DNA from: a virus
Lineage: Duplodnaviria > Caudoviricetes
IMG/VR virus record: IMGVR_UViG_2974782369_000001
Location: 32,001 to 96,000 of that record
DNA length: 64,000 bases
Strand: one strand, 5' to 3'
The first letter of the stretch is position 1, and each line of letters opens with the position of its first letter. The notes below the pieces were generated by a model. That model saw only the letters and a program-made list of their open reading frames with translations. It had not been told where the DNA came from and did not search any database. A program made the translations under genes and the position numbers. Shown here one piece after another: positions 1-8,819 of this stretch.

Positions 1-751
1 CAGATAGTTTGAAGTCTCTGCCTGCCATCGTTGCATCAGAAATATTAAATCTGTAAGTCCTATCTACTAAAACTGTGAGAGCATCATTGACATGGACATT
101 ATATACACCACCAGCAGTTGTTGTGGAGAAAATAAACTCATTTACTGCTGTTGCAATACCACCAGCAGAAATAGTTGCAGAAGCATTGGCAGTATAAACA
201 CTATTACCATCAGCAAATTCAGCACCAGCACCGTTAATTGTTGAGGGACCAACGTAGAGAATTTGAGAATCGGTTGTAGTGTTAACACCATAAACTATTG
301 CTGTAGTATCATCGGGAGATGCACCAGTGGCGAGAGTGTCACCAACTTCAAAGGTGCCATTTGCACTTTCTACAGTAATTGCTCTCAGATCTTCAGTCTT
401 TACAAAGATCTCAGTATATTCTGGTGTGTAGAATGATTCAAATTTGAATGAAACTTCATTATCTGAAGATGTAATAGTTTGTCCTGCACTGAAACCAGAA
501 GAACTATTCATCTGAGCATCAGTGGTAATAAAATAACTGGAAATTGTATCCCCTTCATGGAAAAGATAAGTGGACGCATCCAGCGTTAGTCTTTGATTGT
601 AATCTTTAACCGCAACACTATATGCAGATCCAGTGCCATCATTCGCAACGTTTAACACGGTGCTGGCGGATTGATCCACAGGAGAACTATACAACACAGT
701 ATTAGTTGCTGCTGCTGGTTTAGATTGTGCTAAAATTCCTTGGTCTGCCAT
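1..751 (-). CDS. virion structural protein (3' end outside window)
   Basis: ATG at 749-751, MADQGILAQSKPAAATNTVLY..., open to the window edge; Thr/Ser/Gly-rich, directly downstream of another structural gene. Confidence 0.7.
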   Translation of the reverse strand, partial: MADQGILAQSKPAAATNTVLYSSPVDQSASTVLNVANDGTGSAYSVAVKDYNQRLTLDASTYLFHEGDTISSYFITTDAQMNSSSGFSAGQTITSSDNEVSFKFESFYTPEYTEIFVKTEDLRAITVESANGTFEVGDTLATGASPDDTTAIVYGVNTTTDSQILYVGPSTINGAGAEFADGNSVYTANASATISAGGIATAVNEFIFSTTTAGGVYNVHVNDALTVLVDRTYRFNISDATMAGRDFKLS

Positions 752-757
752 TGTTAA

Positions 758-2080
758 TTAGAATCCTGCGTAGAAGAATTGTTGTTGTCTGGTTCTACCA
801 GTTAGGTTTGCGGCACCAATACCAGCACCGAAGTTAACATCATCAAGAGTAACGTTTTCAGTAGAAAGTAGTGTAGCATCAGCATCTGGGAATCTAATTG
901 TGCGATTGCCAGTGATATTGTCTAAGCGAATAGTAATATCATTCGTAGCAGTTCTAGTATCTTTCAATACTGGTTGGACCAGTGTTTTATTAGAAAGAGT
1001 TTCAGTTGCTTGCTCGGTTACAATAATATTTGCATCACTACCTGTGATATTTAGATCCGCGCCAGGAGGAAACTTTACTACAGAGTTGGTAAGAGTTAGT
1101 TGGTTATCAACTTCTAATGTAAATTTCTTGGTGTTATCGGTAGAATCTTGGAAAATGAGAGATTCTACTACTTTATTTGTTAGAATCTGAGTTGTGTCTG
1201 TGCCGACCAATGTCAGATTCAAATCTGGAACGGTAATAATTCTATCTGCTGTTAATGCATCAGTGTTAAATTGTGCTGATTCACTAGCAGCATCAGCAGA
1301 TGCCAACTTTAGATTAACTAAAGTCTTAGATATAAGAGTTTGCTCAGTCTTCGTGTCAATCAGAGTAGAAGAAGTTGCTGTAGGTTCTGACGTAGTTGTT
1401 ACGGCACCAGCATCAGGTAAGAAGAAAGATCTTCTCTGACCAGAAGAATCTGCATAATTCAGTTGGAAAATTGCTTCGTCCTGATTATCAAAGAGGACAA
1501 AGTTATCTTCATCAATCAGAATAGTCTTATTTCTCAGAGTTTGCTGAGTGTCATCACCAACTAAGATTGTGCCATTACCAGCAGTAATAGCAGGCAATGT
1601 CATAATACGAGTGCCCGTGCCCGTGCCAACATTACTAACTTCAAATCTTGCTTTAGGACCTAGAGCATCCTGAAGGACAAATGATCCGTCAGAAATAAGA
1701 AACTGACCAGTAACTTGGACAGTGCCTGTGCCTTTAGGTGCTAAAACAATATTTGCATTATCTGCAGTATCATCAATAGCAGTAATGTATAACGATGTGC
1801 TTTCTGCCGCATTAACAATGCGGGTCATATAAAAACCACCATCACCAAAACTAATACCAAACTGATCATATGCATTTTGGTATAGACCAGTATCTCTGTC
1901 CAGGTCAAAACAAAGTCCAGGTGCATCTTTTGTGCCCTGAGTAACTCCTTTGAAGAGTTGATTTACTTTTGCTTTTCTGTTTGGAATCAGTGGGTCAGAA
2001 ACAACCACTGGGAGAATTGCTTCACCCGACAGGTTGGCATCTGAGATTGTATCCAACTGAGAAATTTTTCTGGTTCCCAC
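758..2080 (-). CDS. virion structural protein (fibre/baseplate-associated)
   Basis: 440 aa, GTG start, N-terminal RKISQL motif, repeated 'TL.NKTL' units typical of phage fibres; late promoter upstream. Confidence 0.7.
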   Translation of the reverse strand: MGTRKISQLDTISDANLSGEAILPVVVSDPLIPNRKAKVNQLFKGVTQGTKDAPGLCFDLDRDTGLYQNAYDQFGISFGDGGFYMTRIVNAAESTSLYITAIDDTADNANIVLAPKGTGTVQVTGQFLISDGSFVLQDALGPKARFEVSNVGTGTGTRIMTLPAITAGNGTILVGDDTQQTLRNKTILIDEDNFVLFDNQDEAIFQLNYADSSGQRRSFFLPDAGAVTTTSEPTATSSTLIDTKTEQTLISKTLVNLKLASADAASESAQFNTDALTADRIITVPDLNLTLVGTDTTQILTNKVVESLIFQDSTDNTKKFTLEVDNQLTLTNSVVKFPPGADLNITGSDANIIVTEQATETLSNKTLVQPVLKDTRTATNDITIRLDNITGNRTIRFPDADATLLSTENVTLDDVNFGAGIGAANLTGRTRQQQFFYAGF

Positions 2081-2107
2081 GAATAATCACACGATTTGCT
2101 ACAAGTT

Positions 2108-2115
2108 TATTTATA
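2108..2115 (-). promoter_or_regulatory. T4-type late promoter TATAAATA
   Basis: Exact TATAAATA 27 nt upstream of the structural gene start. Confidence 0.75.
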
Positions 2116-2200
2116 CGGATACAATTCGTTGTATCTGATGAATCTCTTAGCGTTAGGTTCTACACCAAGAGATTCACACACAGCAAGATATGACTCCCAT

Positions 2201-2455
2201 TCATTCTGCAGTTGCGAAGGAATCTGCACATGCGATGATGTCACATTCTCTGTGTCCGAGCATGAGTGATTTGAGTTCGACTGCTTTTTCATATTCTTTC
2301 TTATGATAGTTGATTACATCATCGACACAAGATAGAATCTCTTCATACGCTCGTCGTGCCGTAACTTTATTATCTTGGAGGTAATCGTCGATGCAATCTT
2401 GCATACGATTTTTGCGTTGCGTTTCATACTCTTTTGCCCAATACTCATCCGTCAC
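2201..2455 (-). CDS. hypothetical protein
   Basis: 84 aa ORF in a tightly packed run. Confidence 0.6.
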   Translation of the reverse strand: MTDEYWAKEYETQRKNRMQDCIDDYLQDNKVTARRAYEEILSCVDDVINYHKKEYEKAVELKSLMLGHRECDIIACADSFATAE

Positions 2456-2651
2456 GAAGTTTTTCCTCCTTAGAAATTTTGTAATACAACTTGTAGTATC
2501 TAGTCTTCATCTCATCTATTATAGCATTATCTTCGTCAAATGCCATATACTTTGTTAGTTGGTAACATCCTTCCAACTCAGAGATTAAACGAAGAATATT
2601 GATGGACTTTCTTTCAAGTCCACCATGCTCAAACTCACTCCTTGGGCGCAT
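2445..2651 (-). CDS. hypothetical protein
   Basis: 68 aa ORF overlapping the next start. Confidence 0.6.
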   Translation of the reverse strand: MRPRSEFEHGGLERKSINILRLISELEGCYQLTKYMAFDEDNAIIDEMKTRYYKLYYKISKEEKLRDG

Positions 2652-2771
2652 TGGGTTTAATTACCCGATTATTTACAGAAGTATTGTGAAGTTTTTTAAT
2701 TGCTGCAACAGTTTCAGGAGTTTCTTCCCAATACCAAGAGTTGCCATTTTTATCGACAAAATTGCGTTGTG

Positions 2772-2963
2772 TCATAATTTCTCCGTTGTTTGTTGAGGTA
2801 TATTATTATCCCAGTGGCGGATCACCCCTGCGACAATGAAACAATTAGTGACAAGATAAGAGAGAAGTATAAAAGTCCGTATGCAAGCAATGACATCCGC
2901 CTCTTTGTTACTTCTTCCTTCTTTTCGTCCGAGTGCATAAGACCATAGTCTCCAATACTTCAT
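2772..2963 (-). CDS. small membrane protein
   Basis: 63 aa with one hydrophobic segment, W..ALG.K.G motif; ATGA-type coupling. Confidence 0.65.
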   Translation of the reverse strand: MKYWRLWSYALGRKEGRSNKEADVIACIRTFILLSYLVTNCFIVAGVIRHWDNNIPQQTTEKL

Positions 2964-3484
2964 TTAAGATAATATGCCTGATATTCACAGTTATATCTAT
3001 CAATGTATTTTTGAGCGTGCTCTTCACACTGAAAATGACAAACCTTGTTTTCGGTTTTGTCCTCTAGTCTGATCGGAAACATTTCGTATGGAAACAATTC
3101 AACCTTCCCAGATGCGATCATCTTTAGTTGGGTATCCTTGTTTGCCGAACGTTTGCTCGTTCGTGTCTTTGAGGTAGCGGTCGATTTCTTGGGACTTGAC
3201 TTTGTACCAGTTGTCTTGGTCGATCTCTTGCTCTGTGATGTCGTCGCCTTCCCAGAAGTCTTCGTAGTCTTCTTCGGTTGCTTCGGTGATAGCAGGGTCA
3301 GGAGATTTTGCTCCAAATTTTTCTGCGTTTTTACCGATGTATTCTTTTTCTGACTGGTCTTGGGAGAGACGGTACTTGAAGAAGTTGATGAAGTCTTCTT
3401 TCGTCCAGTCGTTGAAGATACTTTCTTCTGGGTCGTTTTCGTCCCACGAGATTGTGAAACTGCCGTCTTCGTGCTCTTCGACAT
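2960..3484 (-). CDS. hypothetical protein, Lys/Thr/Ser-rich N-terminus (true start uncertain)
   Basis: C-terminal ~50 aa (FPIRLE...CHFQCEEH) fills an otherwise empty gap; the N-terminal part overlaps 3099-3491 in another frame. Confidence 0.5.
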   Translation of the reverse strand: MSKSTKTAVSQSRGTKTTQKKVSSTTGRKKTSSTSSSTVSPKTSQKKNTSVKTQKNLEQNLLTLLSPKQPKKTTKTSGKATTSQSKRSTKTTGTKSSPKKSTATSKTRTSKRSANKDTQLKMIASGKVELFPYEMFPIRLEDKTENKVCHFQCEEHAQKYIDRYNCEYQAYYLK

Positions 3485-3491
3485 TAATCAT
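3099..3491 (-). CDS. acidic hypothetical protein
   Basis: 130 aa, DGSFTISWDENDP motif, D/E rich. Confidence 0.65.
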   Translation of the reverse strand: MINVEEHEDGSFTISWDENDPEESIFNDWTKEDFINFFKYRLSQDQSEKEYIGKNAEKFGAKSPDPAITEATEEDYEDFWEGDDITEQEIDQDNWYKVKSQEIDRYLKDTNEQTFGKQGYPTKDDRIWEG

Positions 3492-4164
3492 TGACGTAGT
3501 TGTTTTCGCGTAACCATTCTAGCGTAAGAGGGGTGGGTTTGTAAACCCTCCACATGTTTCCATTTGCACATGCTTCAAGTGCTTTCTGAGTCATTCCCTC
3601 AGTCTTTCCTGCCCATGTTGCCTCTGCCTCCCAAGGTACAGCAGAAGGAGGATAGGACTTCTCTACCATTTCACGCCAGAAAGGTGGGACATCTTCCTCA
3701 GGCATAATGATAGCAATCATGCTATTCTTGATGCTACCTGCCATACAATCTTGTGCAGCGTGCCATCCTTCATGACGCATTACGCTCATCAATGTAGAAT
3801 AACGCTTAGTAAGTGTGGCATTGAGAAAGAAGTTATTGCTGACAGTATGATAGACACCACGATGACCAGGAGGAAAATACTTCTCTGGTGCAATATACAC
3901 CCCAACACCAATTTTATCAAATGATACCATCATTCGATCAAACTCTTCAGCAAGTGCTGGAGACATAGGAAACTTTTTGTGGTATTTTGCCACATCTTTA
4001 TGACTCTTTACTTCAACAACACCATCCTTACATTCTTGCAAGATCATACAACCCATGGCATCCATAGTATACCAACCTTTAGTAGGTTCCGCTTTTGCTG
4101 CTAGACCATGTGCTGCTCCAAAAAGAGCGCCTGCAAGAATAGCATTCCAGAGAGTATTATTCAT
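3484..4164 (-). CDS. putative zinc metallopeptidase with signal peptide
   Basis: HExxH motif (RHEGWHAAQDC) and hydrophobic N-terminal leader. Confidence 0.65.
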   Translation of the reverse strand: MNNTLWNAILAGALFGAAHGLAAKAEPTKGWYTMDAMGCMILQECKDGVVEVKSHKDVAKYHKKFPMSPALAEEFDRMMVSFDKIGVGVYIAPEKYFPPGHRGVYHTVSNNFFLNATLTKRYSTLMSVMRHEGWHAAQDCMAGSIKNSMIAIIMPEEDVPPFWREMVEKSYPPSAVPWEAEATWAGKTEGMTQKALEACANGNMWRVYKPTPLTLEWLRENNYVND

Positions 4165-4496
4165 TTGGGTATGTGCTGTACATTAGTAATTATACCATCA
4201 ACCAAGGTCAAATGACAAGAGGGAAATGGTGCATAGTAACAATCCCACTTGGCAGGATATACTTCCACTACTCCAGTGTGATAAATTGGTCGGACCTTAC
4301 CATGACGACCGTTTGGCGTGTATCCAAGCAAATCTTCTACAAAATCCTGAGTGTGCGAATAATCAACCTCATACAATTTTCCTGCAGGGTCAATCCAGTA
4401 TTCACACATCAGACATTCTAAATCTTTTGTTTGAAGATCTCGATGATATCCAGGTCCAATGTCGTAAGATGATCTTACTGTGTCAAATAATCCCAT
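4161..4496 (-). CDS. hypothetical protein
   Basis: MGLFDTVRSSY... 111 aa; start chosen just after the upstream stop. Confidence 0.6.
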   Translation of the reverse strand: MGLFDTVRSSYDIGPGYHRDLQTKDLECLMCEYWIDPAGKLYEVDYSHTQDFVEDLLGYTPNGRHGKVRPIYHTGVVEVYPAKWDCYYAPFPSCHLTLVDGIITNVQHIPK

Positions 4497-4498
4497 AT

Positions 4499-4681
4499 TC
4501 ACCATTTTCCTATAGGGCATTTCATCATAGGTATGCGTGTCTTGATTGCCATAATACATCCACATTTTTGACACAAACCATACTTACCATAGTAATCACA
4601 TCCCTTACAAATGGCAAGTCTTTCGGTAGATAAATGTGACGGTGTTTTTTCTTTCAAGAAATCTATGATGTCTTCAAACAT
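4499..4681 (-). CDS. small Cys-rich protein
   Basis: RLAICKGC...CQKCGC...CPIGKW, probable metal-binding; abuts the oxygenase genes. Confidence 0.7.
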   Translation of the reverse strand: MFEDIIDFLKEKTPSHLSTERLAICKGCDYYGKYGLCQKCGCIMAIKTRIPMMKCPIGKW

Positions 4682-4683
4682 AT

Positions 4684-5298
4684 CTATACAGGAATTTGAG
4701 TAACTTGATTTAAGAATTGGACCATAACATATCTACCTAAACCTTTATTCATATCTTCAGGTTTCATTGATACGCTACTAACTGCATGAGGTATCACAGA
4801 TGGAAAGATAATGCATCGGTTGTTTAATACCTCTACCTCAAAATCGTGCTCGGGGAATAATAAATTACCACCTTCAAATTTTTTAGGATCTCTATAAAAC
4901 CAAGTCAATACTGTAGCAGTGCCATGATCAACGTGCTTTTTATAATGATCAGAATCTTCATAATAAGATAGCAAGGTATAATACATGTTACAAGCAAACT
5001 CCTTGAAAAACCAGAGTAATTCTTGATTTAATATTTCCCTTTTGAAAATCTTCCGATTGATACGAAGTATATTGGAAAGATTTCTATTGTTTAGATATTC
5101 TCTATCTAAAAGTATTCCCTTATTTTTCTTATTCGATCGACCAGAGTTATCTAATGATGACAGAGTTACTTTGTCTCCATCAATCATTCTTGGTCGAAGA
5201 AATTCTAATTCATCCCATATACTCACTAATTCATTTTCATCATACAAATCATCAACAATAATCGCGTGAAACGGATCAGTTATCACCTGTATTTTCAT
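4684..5298 (-). CDS. 2OG-Fe(II) oxygenase (prolyl-4-hydroxylase-like)
   Basis: HxD (KHVD), FEGGNL, distal H (PHAV) and R motifs. Confidence 0.85.
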   Translation of the reverse strand: MKIQVITDPFHAIIVDDLYDENELVSIWDELEFLRPRMIDGDKVTLSSLDNSGRSNKKNKGILLDREYLNNRNLSNILRINRKIFKREILNQELLWFFKEFACNMYYTLLSYYEDSDHYKKHVDHGTATVLTWFYRDPKKFEGGNLLFPEHDFEVEVLNNRCIIFPSVIPHAVSSVSMKPEDMNKGLGRYVMVQFLNQVTQIPV

Positions 5299-5939
5299 GA
5301 GTAAATTTTGTATGCTCCAGGATGATCAAATTGAATATTACTATTTACATATTGCTTATAGTCTTCTGGTAAAGATTGAAGAAAACTATTAGCAGAATAA
5401 CGGACACCTTTCGTAATTTCTTCTACTTCATGGACCCAGAAATAATCTGCTGGCCAAATCATTGCATCGCCAAGTCCAAGTTTAATTCTATGCTTACCCT
5501 TAAAAAATACAAAGTCACCACCTTCATAATCATCACTCAGATTGAATGAGCAACTACCCATAACCCAAGGATCGGTCCAAGATGCATCGATGTGTGGATG
5601 GATCCATCCGCCTGGTTTATATTTCATGACTCTACACTTATGAGAATACCTCAGGGCATTCTTAAAATTTACATGAAATGCATCAAATTTAGAGAGATGC
5701 TCATGATACTTATTGATCAAAGTTTCTGTTGAGTTATAAAACAACTGATATGCTTCATCTTCTTCAGTCAGCACAACAGAAGTAAATGTGGATTGGACCA
5801 ACTTTGCAGTTGTTGCATGAGAGCAACGCTCATACTTAGATGATGCTTCTCTCCTCTCAAAGTTATCGATTAACTGCTGACATTGATCGGGACTTAGAAA
5901 GTTTGGAATATGAAGTATTAGATCAGTTAGTTGTATCAT
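5295..5939 (-). CDS. 2OG-Fe(II) oxygenase
   Basis: HID, YEGGDF, WVHEV...GVRYS motifs. Confidence 0.85.
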   Translation of the reverse strand: MIQLTDLILHIPNFLSPDQCQQLIDNFERREASSKYERCSHATTAKLVQSTFTSVVLTEEDEAYQLFYNSTETLINKYHEHLSKFDAFHVNFKNALRYSHKCRVMKYKPGGWIHPHIDASWTDPWVMGSCSFNLSDDYEGGDFVFFKGKHRIKLGLGDAMIWPADYFWVHEVEEITKGVRYSANSFLQSLPEDYKQYVNSNIQFDHPGAYKIYS

Positions 5940-5966
5940 GCCAAATCCAATTCATATTATCTATAA

Positions 5967-6039
5967 CTCCTCCACCTGGGCTCGAACCAGGGACATAGTG
6001 ATTAACAGTCACTCGCTCTACCGACTGAGCTATAGAGGA
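5967..6039 (-). tRNA. tRNA-Asn(GTT)
   Basis: Cloverleaf TCCTCTA.../TGGAGGA, GTT anticodon, GTTCGA T-loop. Confidence 0.95.
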
Positions 6040-6064
6040 ATATTCGCTATTCGGAAATAGCGAA

Positions 6065-6137
6065 TGGAGAATAGCGGACTCGAACCGCTGACCCCCTGCG
6101 TGCAAAGCAGGTGCTCTACCAACTGAGCTAATTCCCC
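6065..6137 (-). tRNA. tRNA-Ala(TGC)
   Basis: Cloverleaf, TGC anticodon, G3:U70 pair. Confidence 0.95.
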
Positions 6138-6141
6138 GAGG

Positions 6142-6215
6142 AGCCACAAGTCGGACTTGAACCGACGACCTACGGTTTACAAAACCGTTGCTCTATCCAG
6201 CTGAGCTATAGTGGC
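6142..6215 (-). tRNA. tRNA-Thr(TGT)
   Basis: Cloverleaf, ACGGT-TTTGTAA-ACCGT anticodon arm. Confidence 0.95.
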
Positions 6216-6230
6216 GTGTTTTCTGGACTA

Positions 6231-6259
6231 ATTATAGAGTATGTAGTCCAGTTTGTCAA
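6231..6259 (-). promoter_or_regulatory. sigma70-type promoter for the tRNA cluster
   Basis: TTGACA-17-TATAAT. Confidence 0.85.
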
Positions 6260-6858
6260 GACCCTGGTTTTTTATTGGGATCATGAAAAGTATACCATCC
6301 TGTAATGATATATTTTTCTTGAGTAGGTGACACCTGACCTCTGTGAGTGTAGGTCCAATCTACAGGCCAAATAAGGGTTTTCCCCTTTTCTGCTGTTACC
6401 GTGTGCTCTTGATTGTAGAAGTGGGTGCCACCACCATCAGTAACATCATTTAAGTATGTCATCCAGACTAAATGCCTAGCACTAAAAGGATATTCGGGTC
6501 TTGTCCTTTCACAGTGAAGTGCATAGAACCCTTCCCCAGGTTTATAGTGTTGAATATTATAATTTTCAACAATATAAAATGGAAAATACATGCCACATGC
6601 AGGAAACATGTCAATATATTTTCCAACGCATTTTTGCAACTGCTCCATGTATCGAATGCAAGGAGAGTCATTTACATCTAAAGTAATCTCCAAGTCTGTA
6701 GATACCTTTACCTCTGGATTATATCCATTTCCAGTGATACCTTGACCTTTCATCCCACTAGTATTAGCATACTCTGAGTTGTGAAAGTAATCAATCAGAT
6801 CATCACATACACTGAGATCATCTATAAAAAATTCACCGATAAAATTGTCATGCTTCAT
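6256..6858 (-). CDS. 2OG-Fe(II) oxygenase
   Basis: HCE, RHLVWMTYLNDV, GGTHF, THRG, KYIITGW motifs. Confidence 0.88.
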   Translation of the reverse strand: MKHDNFIGEFFIDDLSVCDDLIDYFHNSEYANTSGMKGQGITGNGYNPEVKVSTDLEITLDVNDSPCIRYMEQLQKCVGKYIDMFPACGMYFPFYIVENYNIQHYKPGEGFYALHCERTRPEYPFSARHLVWMTYLNDVTDGGGTHFYNQEHTVTAEKGKTLIWPVDWTYTHRGQVSPTQEKYIITGWYTFHDPNKKPGS

Positions 6859-6876
6859 GTTAATATATCCACTTTG

Positions 6877-7521
6877 TCAAGACCCTGGTTTGGTTGGATC
6901 TGAGTAAAAACTATACCATCCAGTAATGATATATTTGTGCTCTGTGGGAGAAACTTGACCTCGATGAGTGTAAGTCCAATCACAGGGCCATATAAGAGTC
7001 TTTCCCTTTTCTGCCTTGAAGATTGTATTTTGATTGTAGAATTCAGTGCCTCCACCATCTTCAACATCATTTAAGTATGTCATCCAAACTAAGTGACGTG
7101 CATTAGAAGGTTCTCTAGAATTACCCCTTTCGCAATGAAAGGCGAAGAAACCTTCTCCAGGTTTATACCATTGAATATTATAATTTTCAACAATTCTCCA
7201 GGGAGAAGCAATATTACATGCTGGATACTGTGCAATGTATTTTTCACAACATGACTGCAACTGCCGCATATAATTTGAATTGGCAGAAAAAGTCATTTGT
7301 GGCGTAATCTCAAGATCAGTAGATTTTTTAACCTTTTCATCATATCCACTGGTTGTAATACCTTGCCTATGATTGGTCTTACCATATGCAGAGTTATGAA
7401 AGAAATCAATCAAATCATCACATACACTAAGATCATCAAGAAAATACTCACCAATAAAATTGCTAGTGAGAGTATTATTTCCAGTGAATAGAGATTTATC
7501 GGATAATGAGTCTACATTCAT
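6877..7521 (-). CDS. 2OG-Fe(II) oxygenase (paralogue of 6256-6858)
   Basis: Same motifs; identical KPGS C-terminus. Confidence 0.88.
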   Translation of the reverse strand: MNVDSLSDKSLFTGNNTLTSNFIGEYFLDDLSVCDDLIDFFHNSAYGKTNHRQGITTSGYDEKVKKSTDLEITPQMTFSANSNYMRQLQSCCEKYIAQYPACNIASPWRIVENYNIQWYKPGEGFFAFHCERGNSREPSNARHLVWMTYLNDVEDGGGTEFYNQNTIFKAEKGKTLIWPCDWTYTHRGQVSPTEHKYIITGWYSFYSDPTKPGS

Positions 7522-7537
7522 GTTAAGATTTCCACAA

Positions 7538-7620
7538 TAGGACGAGAGGGACTTGAACCCTCACGACTATACAGTCAACAGATTTTAAGTCTGGTGCGTC
7601 TACCATTCCGCCACCGTCCC
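7538..7620 (-). tRNA. tRNA-Leu(TAA)
   Basis: Cloverleaf with long variable arm, TAA anticodon. Confidence 0.95.
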
Positions 7621-7624
7621 TTAT

Positions 7625-8155
7625 TTAGTTTTCCCACCACATCTTAATAAAAACATTGCCAGAAATGGTAGATCCAACTCCACCAGGGACAACATAATGC
7701 TCAATAAATGATGGGAAGATCACAATGTTACCTGATTTAAATTCAGGAAACCACTCCTCTATGAAGTAGTCTTTATACATTGGCATTTGAGTATGGACAG
7801 AATTCCTATAGGGATTTTGGAATACTGTCCGAGATCTATCTACCTCTTCGTAGATAATGAAACTCCACTGAGAGAATGCATGGATATGCGGTTCTTGCCA
7901 GTCGGTTTCTTTATACCTATTCCTCCATAACTCAACAATCTCAAGATGAGAATAGTCAATATTGAGAGTGTCAATATTTTTTGCAATTACCCTAGATAAG
8001 TAAGAAATGGTGTCCTGAGGGATCTTTTTATCACATCTCAGACTAGTATGCACACCACTCCTAAAAGTAGGTTGCATATCTTCATCAATGATTACGATCT
8101 TAGATAGATCAACCTCATCAATAAAAACTGGGACAGAAAAAAGATCTTGCTTCAT
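7625..8155 (-). CDS. putative 2OG-Fe(II) oxygenase (TIGR02466-like)
   Basis: LFSVPV N-terminus, HIH, IFPSFIEHYV motifs. Confidence 0.75.
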   Translation of the reverse strand: MKQDLFSVPVFIDEVDLSKIVIIDEDMQPTFRSGVHTSLRCDKKIPQDTISYLSRVIAKNIDTLNIDYSHLEIVELWRNRYKETDWQEPHIHAFSQWSFIIYEEVDRSRTVFQNPYRNSVHTQMPMYKDYFIEEWFPEFKSGNIVIFPSFIEHYVVPGGVGSTISGNVFIKMWWEN

Positions 8156-8174
8156 TATGATTCATAGGTATAAG

Positions 8175-8248
8175 TCGGGGTGACAGGATTCGAACCTGCG
8201 ACCCTCTGCTCCCAAAGCAGATGCGCTACCAAACTGCGCTACACCCCG
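8175..8248 (-). tRNA. tRNA-Pro(TGG)
   Basis: Cloverleaf, TGG anticodon. Confidence 0.95.
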
Positions 8249-8400
8249 TCATGTTTGTATGTCGGAGGATGAAAAGCACAATACTCGTTGAAAGTGATTT
8301 TCATTTCTTTCCAAGAAAGATTACAGTTTTCTGCTGCTTTAGGGACATTCCATTTAGCAGCAAATAACATTTCCATAGACTTGCGTGTTTCTGGTCTCAA
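8239..8400 (-). CDS. small hypothetical protein
   Basis: TTG start, (M)RPETRKSMEMLFAAKWNVPKAA...HDGV*, below the ORF-track cutoff; stop lies in tRNA-Pro. Confidence 0.6.
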   Translation of the reverse strand: MRPETRKSMEMLFAAKWNVPKAAENCNLSWKEMKITFNEYCAFHPPTYKHDGV

Positions 8401-8594
8401 TCTGATGCTCTCCAATGAGTTACTTTCTTTGTTTGAAATTCTTCTACCATTTCTAGTAGTTTTCGGGATGTAACTCTCGCTTGAGTTTCATCCCATTCTG
8501 TGCCGTAGACATCTTGATACAAAACTTGGGACATTGAGTCCACCAGCATGTCATAATTGGTCATCGCGTATTCGCAAGTTACATTATATATGGG

Positions 8595-8819
8595 TTAAGA
8601 AGTGGCGTTTTCTTCCAAGAATTGCTTCTTAAATTCTTCAACTTGATTGAGCACTTCTTCAGATAAAGGAGGACCAGATTGGATAATTGGAGCAAGAATA
8701 ACAGCAGCACCATCAGGACGCTCAATGCGCCAAACACAACGGTTACGCTCACACATATCAACCAGAAACTCAAGATACTTCTCCGCTTCTGATTCTGTTA
8801 CTCGGATTGGATCATTCAT
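8595..8819 (-). CDS. small protein, Phd/YefM antitoxin-like
   Basis: 74 aa with helix-strand pattern EAEKYLEFLVDMCE...WRIERPDGAAVIL. Confidence 0.45.
   Translation of the reverse strand: MNDPIRVTESEAEKYLEFLVDMCERNRCVWRIERPDGAAVILAPIIQSGPPLSEEVLNQVEEFKKQFLEENATS

Noticed and set aside
5923-6147. 74-aa ORF
   Set aside because: Reads through tRNA-Ala and tRNA-Asn
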